Positions 62,460 to 64,000 of a DNA stretch of 64,000 nucleotides are shown piece after piece. Both the position numbers and the translations under genes were made by a program. The notes under the pieces were generated by a model. That model ran no database searches and was not told the origin of the DNA. It worked only from the letters and a program-made list of their open reading frames with translations. Source of the stretch: Callorhinchus milii (lineage: Eukaryota); contig NW_024704743.1 in the NCBI RefSeq assembly GCF_018977255.1, forward strand, positions 90,336,001 to 90,400,000. Reading direction: 5' to 3'. How positions within the stretch are numbered: the first letter of the stretch is position 1; each line of letters opens with the position of its first letter.

Positions 62460-63065
62460 TTCTCTAGAAATGTATCCAATTTCTTACATCTCATTCATAC
62501 TATTCATTACAGTGCTTTCTCTGGTATTATTATGATTTAAAGAATACCATTTCCATTATCACAAATAGTGTGGAACATAGGATATGCTAGATGAAAAAAT
62601 ACCAAGGGCCATCTAGTCCATTGCACTGCAAGTATACTGAGCAAAAAATTCTTGGAATTCTATGTTTATTTTTGCAAGTCGATTAAAACAATAAATGTGT
62701 GCTCTTCTATTGAATTCCAACCACAATAAAATCAAATCCAATTGTAGATAAGGATTAATCACAATTGATCATACTGCAGATTTATTTAAAAGAACTAGCA
62801 GCAACAAAACCATCAACTTACTACTATTAAGTCCATCAAAATATTGAGCAAAAAGCCCAACATGTCTGTCCATTTATATATTTTTGGGGGACAAAAATGA
62901 CACTTCTCCAGAAATGTATCCAATTTCTTACATCTCATTTATACTATTAATTTCAATGCTTTCTGTGGTATTATTATGATTGAAGGAATAACATTTACAT
63001 TATCACCAATAGTGTGGAACATAGGATATGCTAGACGAAAAAAATGCCAAGGGCCATCTAGTTCA
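62460..63065. repeat. ~160-bp direct duplication (62460-62620 and 62904-63065)
   Basis: Both copies read AGAAATGTATCCAATTTCTTACATCTCATT...GTGTGGAACATAGGATATGCTAGA..CCAAGGGCCATCTAGT. Confidence 0.9.
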
Positions 63066-64000
63066 CCTTCTACCATCCTGGTAGTCTCATGCTACAATAA
63101 TAATGGAGATATTGACGAATCATGGCAATCAATCTCTATTGATTAGTCTACAACAGACTCTGGCATTAGGCGAGGAAAACCCACCAGTGGTGAAACGCTT
63201 TGGGAACCATAGGTCCTAAGGTGCCTGTGTTACATTTTTTTCCTTCTATTTTTTTTCTCCATTGGCATATAACTCTCTGTTTCTGTCTCATCTTTTCTTG
63301 CTGGGGTGTGCTTCCAGGGTGTTGTTTGCTCTCTGCTGCACTGCCCAAGTGGTACGTGTTAGCCTTGTCAGTGAGGTTTGGGAGGCTGATCAATTGTAGA
63401 GGGTGGGTGGTGACCTGACCTCTCTTACCTGGTTTCCATACATAGGCACAGCAGTAGAGGGCTCAGTCAAGGCACCAGGAATCTTGCCAGGTGGTCCCCT
63501 CCTTCATCCTGAGAAGTCCATGAGCCAATTATAGTCTTCCCATGGAATCCCAATTGAGACCAGCAGACAGGAAGTTGAACCAGTGAGCTCCTGGTCTATA
63601 AACTGCAGCTCTATCCACACCAGATATCTGTCCCCATGTTTTTTTAAAACATAATACTGGTAAAATCAATTATAGCTTTTCCATACTATTGAGGACAGAA
63701 AAAGTGCAATTCAGAAAGAACTGTTCTGAACTTCCTTCACCTTATCCTCAAAATAATGTCCCAAAATGACATTCTATATTATCCACTAGCTACCTTCTAA
63801 ATCCATTTTTATTAGCAATGAATAATGGTCAGTTTTTTGTTCTGAACACATATCTATTTGGAATTCAGCTAAAACTTGAGCATATTCACTTATAATTCAT
63901 ACTACTATCAGGAAAGAGAATATTCTGGTGTAGTAATGATCTAGGTTAAGATTTTCTTTTGCTGAAATGTACTCAACAGTGTACTTTTTGGAGGTTAATG

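Noticed and set aside
59882..64000. Further upstream DCAF13 exons, e.g. the ORF at 62229-62447
   Set aside because: No match to the expected WD40 peptide (…DVDYSPTG…). The preceding exon probably lies beyond the window.
1..64000. CRISPR arrays, operons or other prokaryotic systems
   Set aside because: The sequence is intron-containing vertebrate DNA and has no regularly spaced repeat-spacer array.

Overview
This is vertebrate genomic DNA. The DeuSINE/SacSINE-like tRNA SINEs and the L2 and CR1 LINE landscape suggest a cartilaginous fish, possibly a chimaera; this is an inference. Two genes lie on the minus strand in the same order as in mammals. The first is the last three coding exons of DCAF13 (59881-59746, 50030-49867, 48703-48616). 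The second, ~22 kb further on, is the promoter and first coding exon of RIMS2 (RIM2-alpha; 26957-26725), whose large intron 1 runs off the left end of the window. The rest is intron and intergenic DNA packed with 5'-truncated L2 and CR1 fragments and SINEs, often nested and sometimes with readable target-site duplications (TSDs). The most striking region is 23.6-28.3 kb, where RIMS2 exon 1 is embedded in about six different simple-repeat arrays. Unique islands between them hold an expanded-spacer REST/RE1 site and an antisense-oriented ETS+YY1 motif. Other notable items are a candidate 27-nt in-frame microexon in RIMS2 intron 1, a 243-bp inverted duplication bracketing ~7.8 kb, a foldback hAT-like element and a head-to-head SINE palindrome. 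Almost all long ORFs in the track are repeat or LINE artefacts. I found no prokaryotic-type system such as CRISPR and no intact autonomous element. Mobile element and repeat boundaries are approximate unless a TSD is given.
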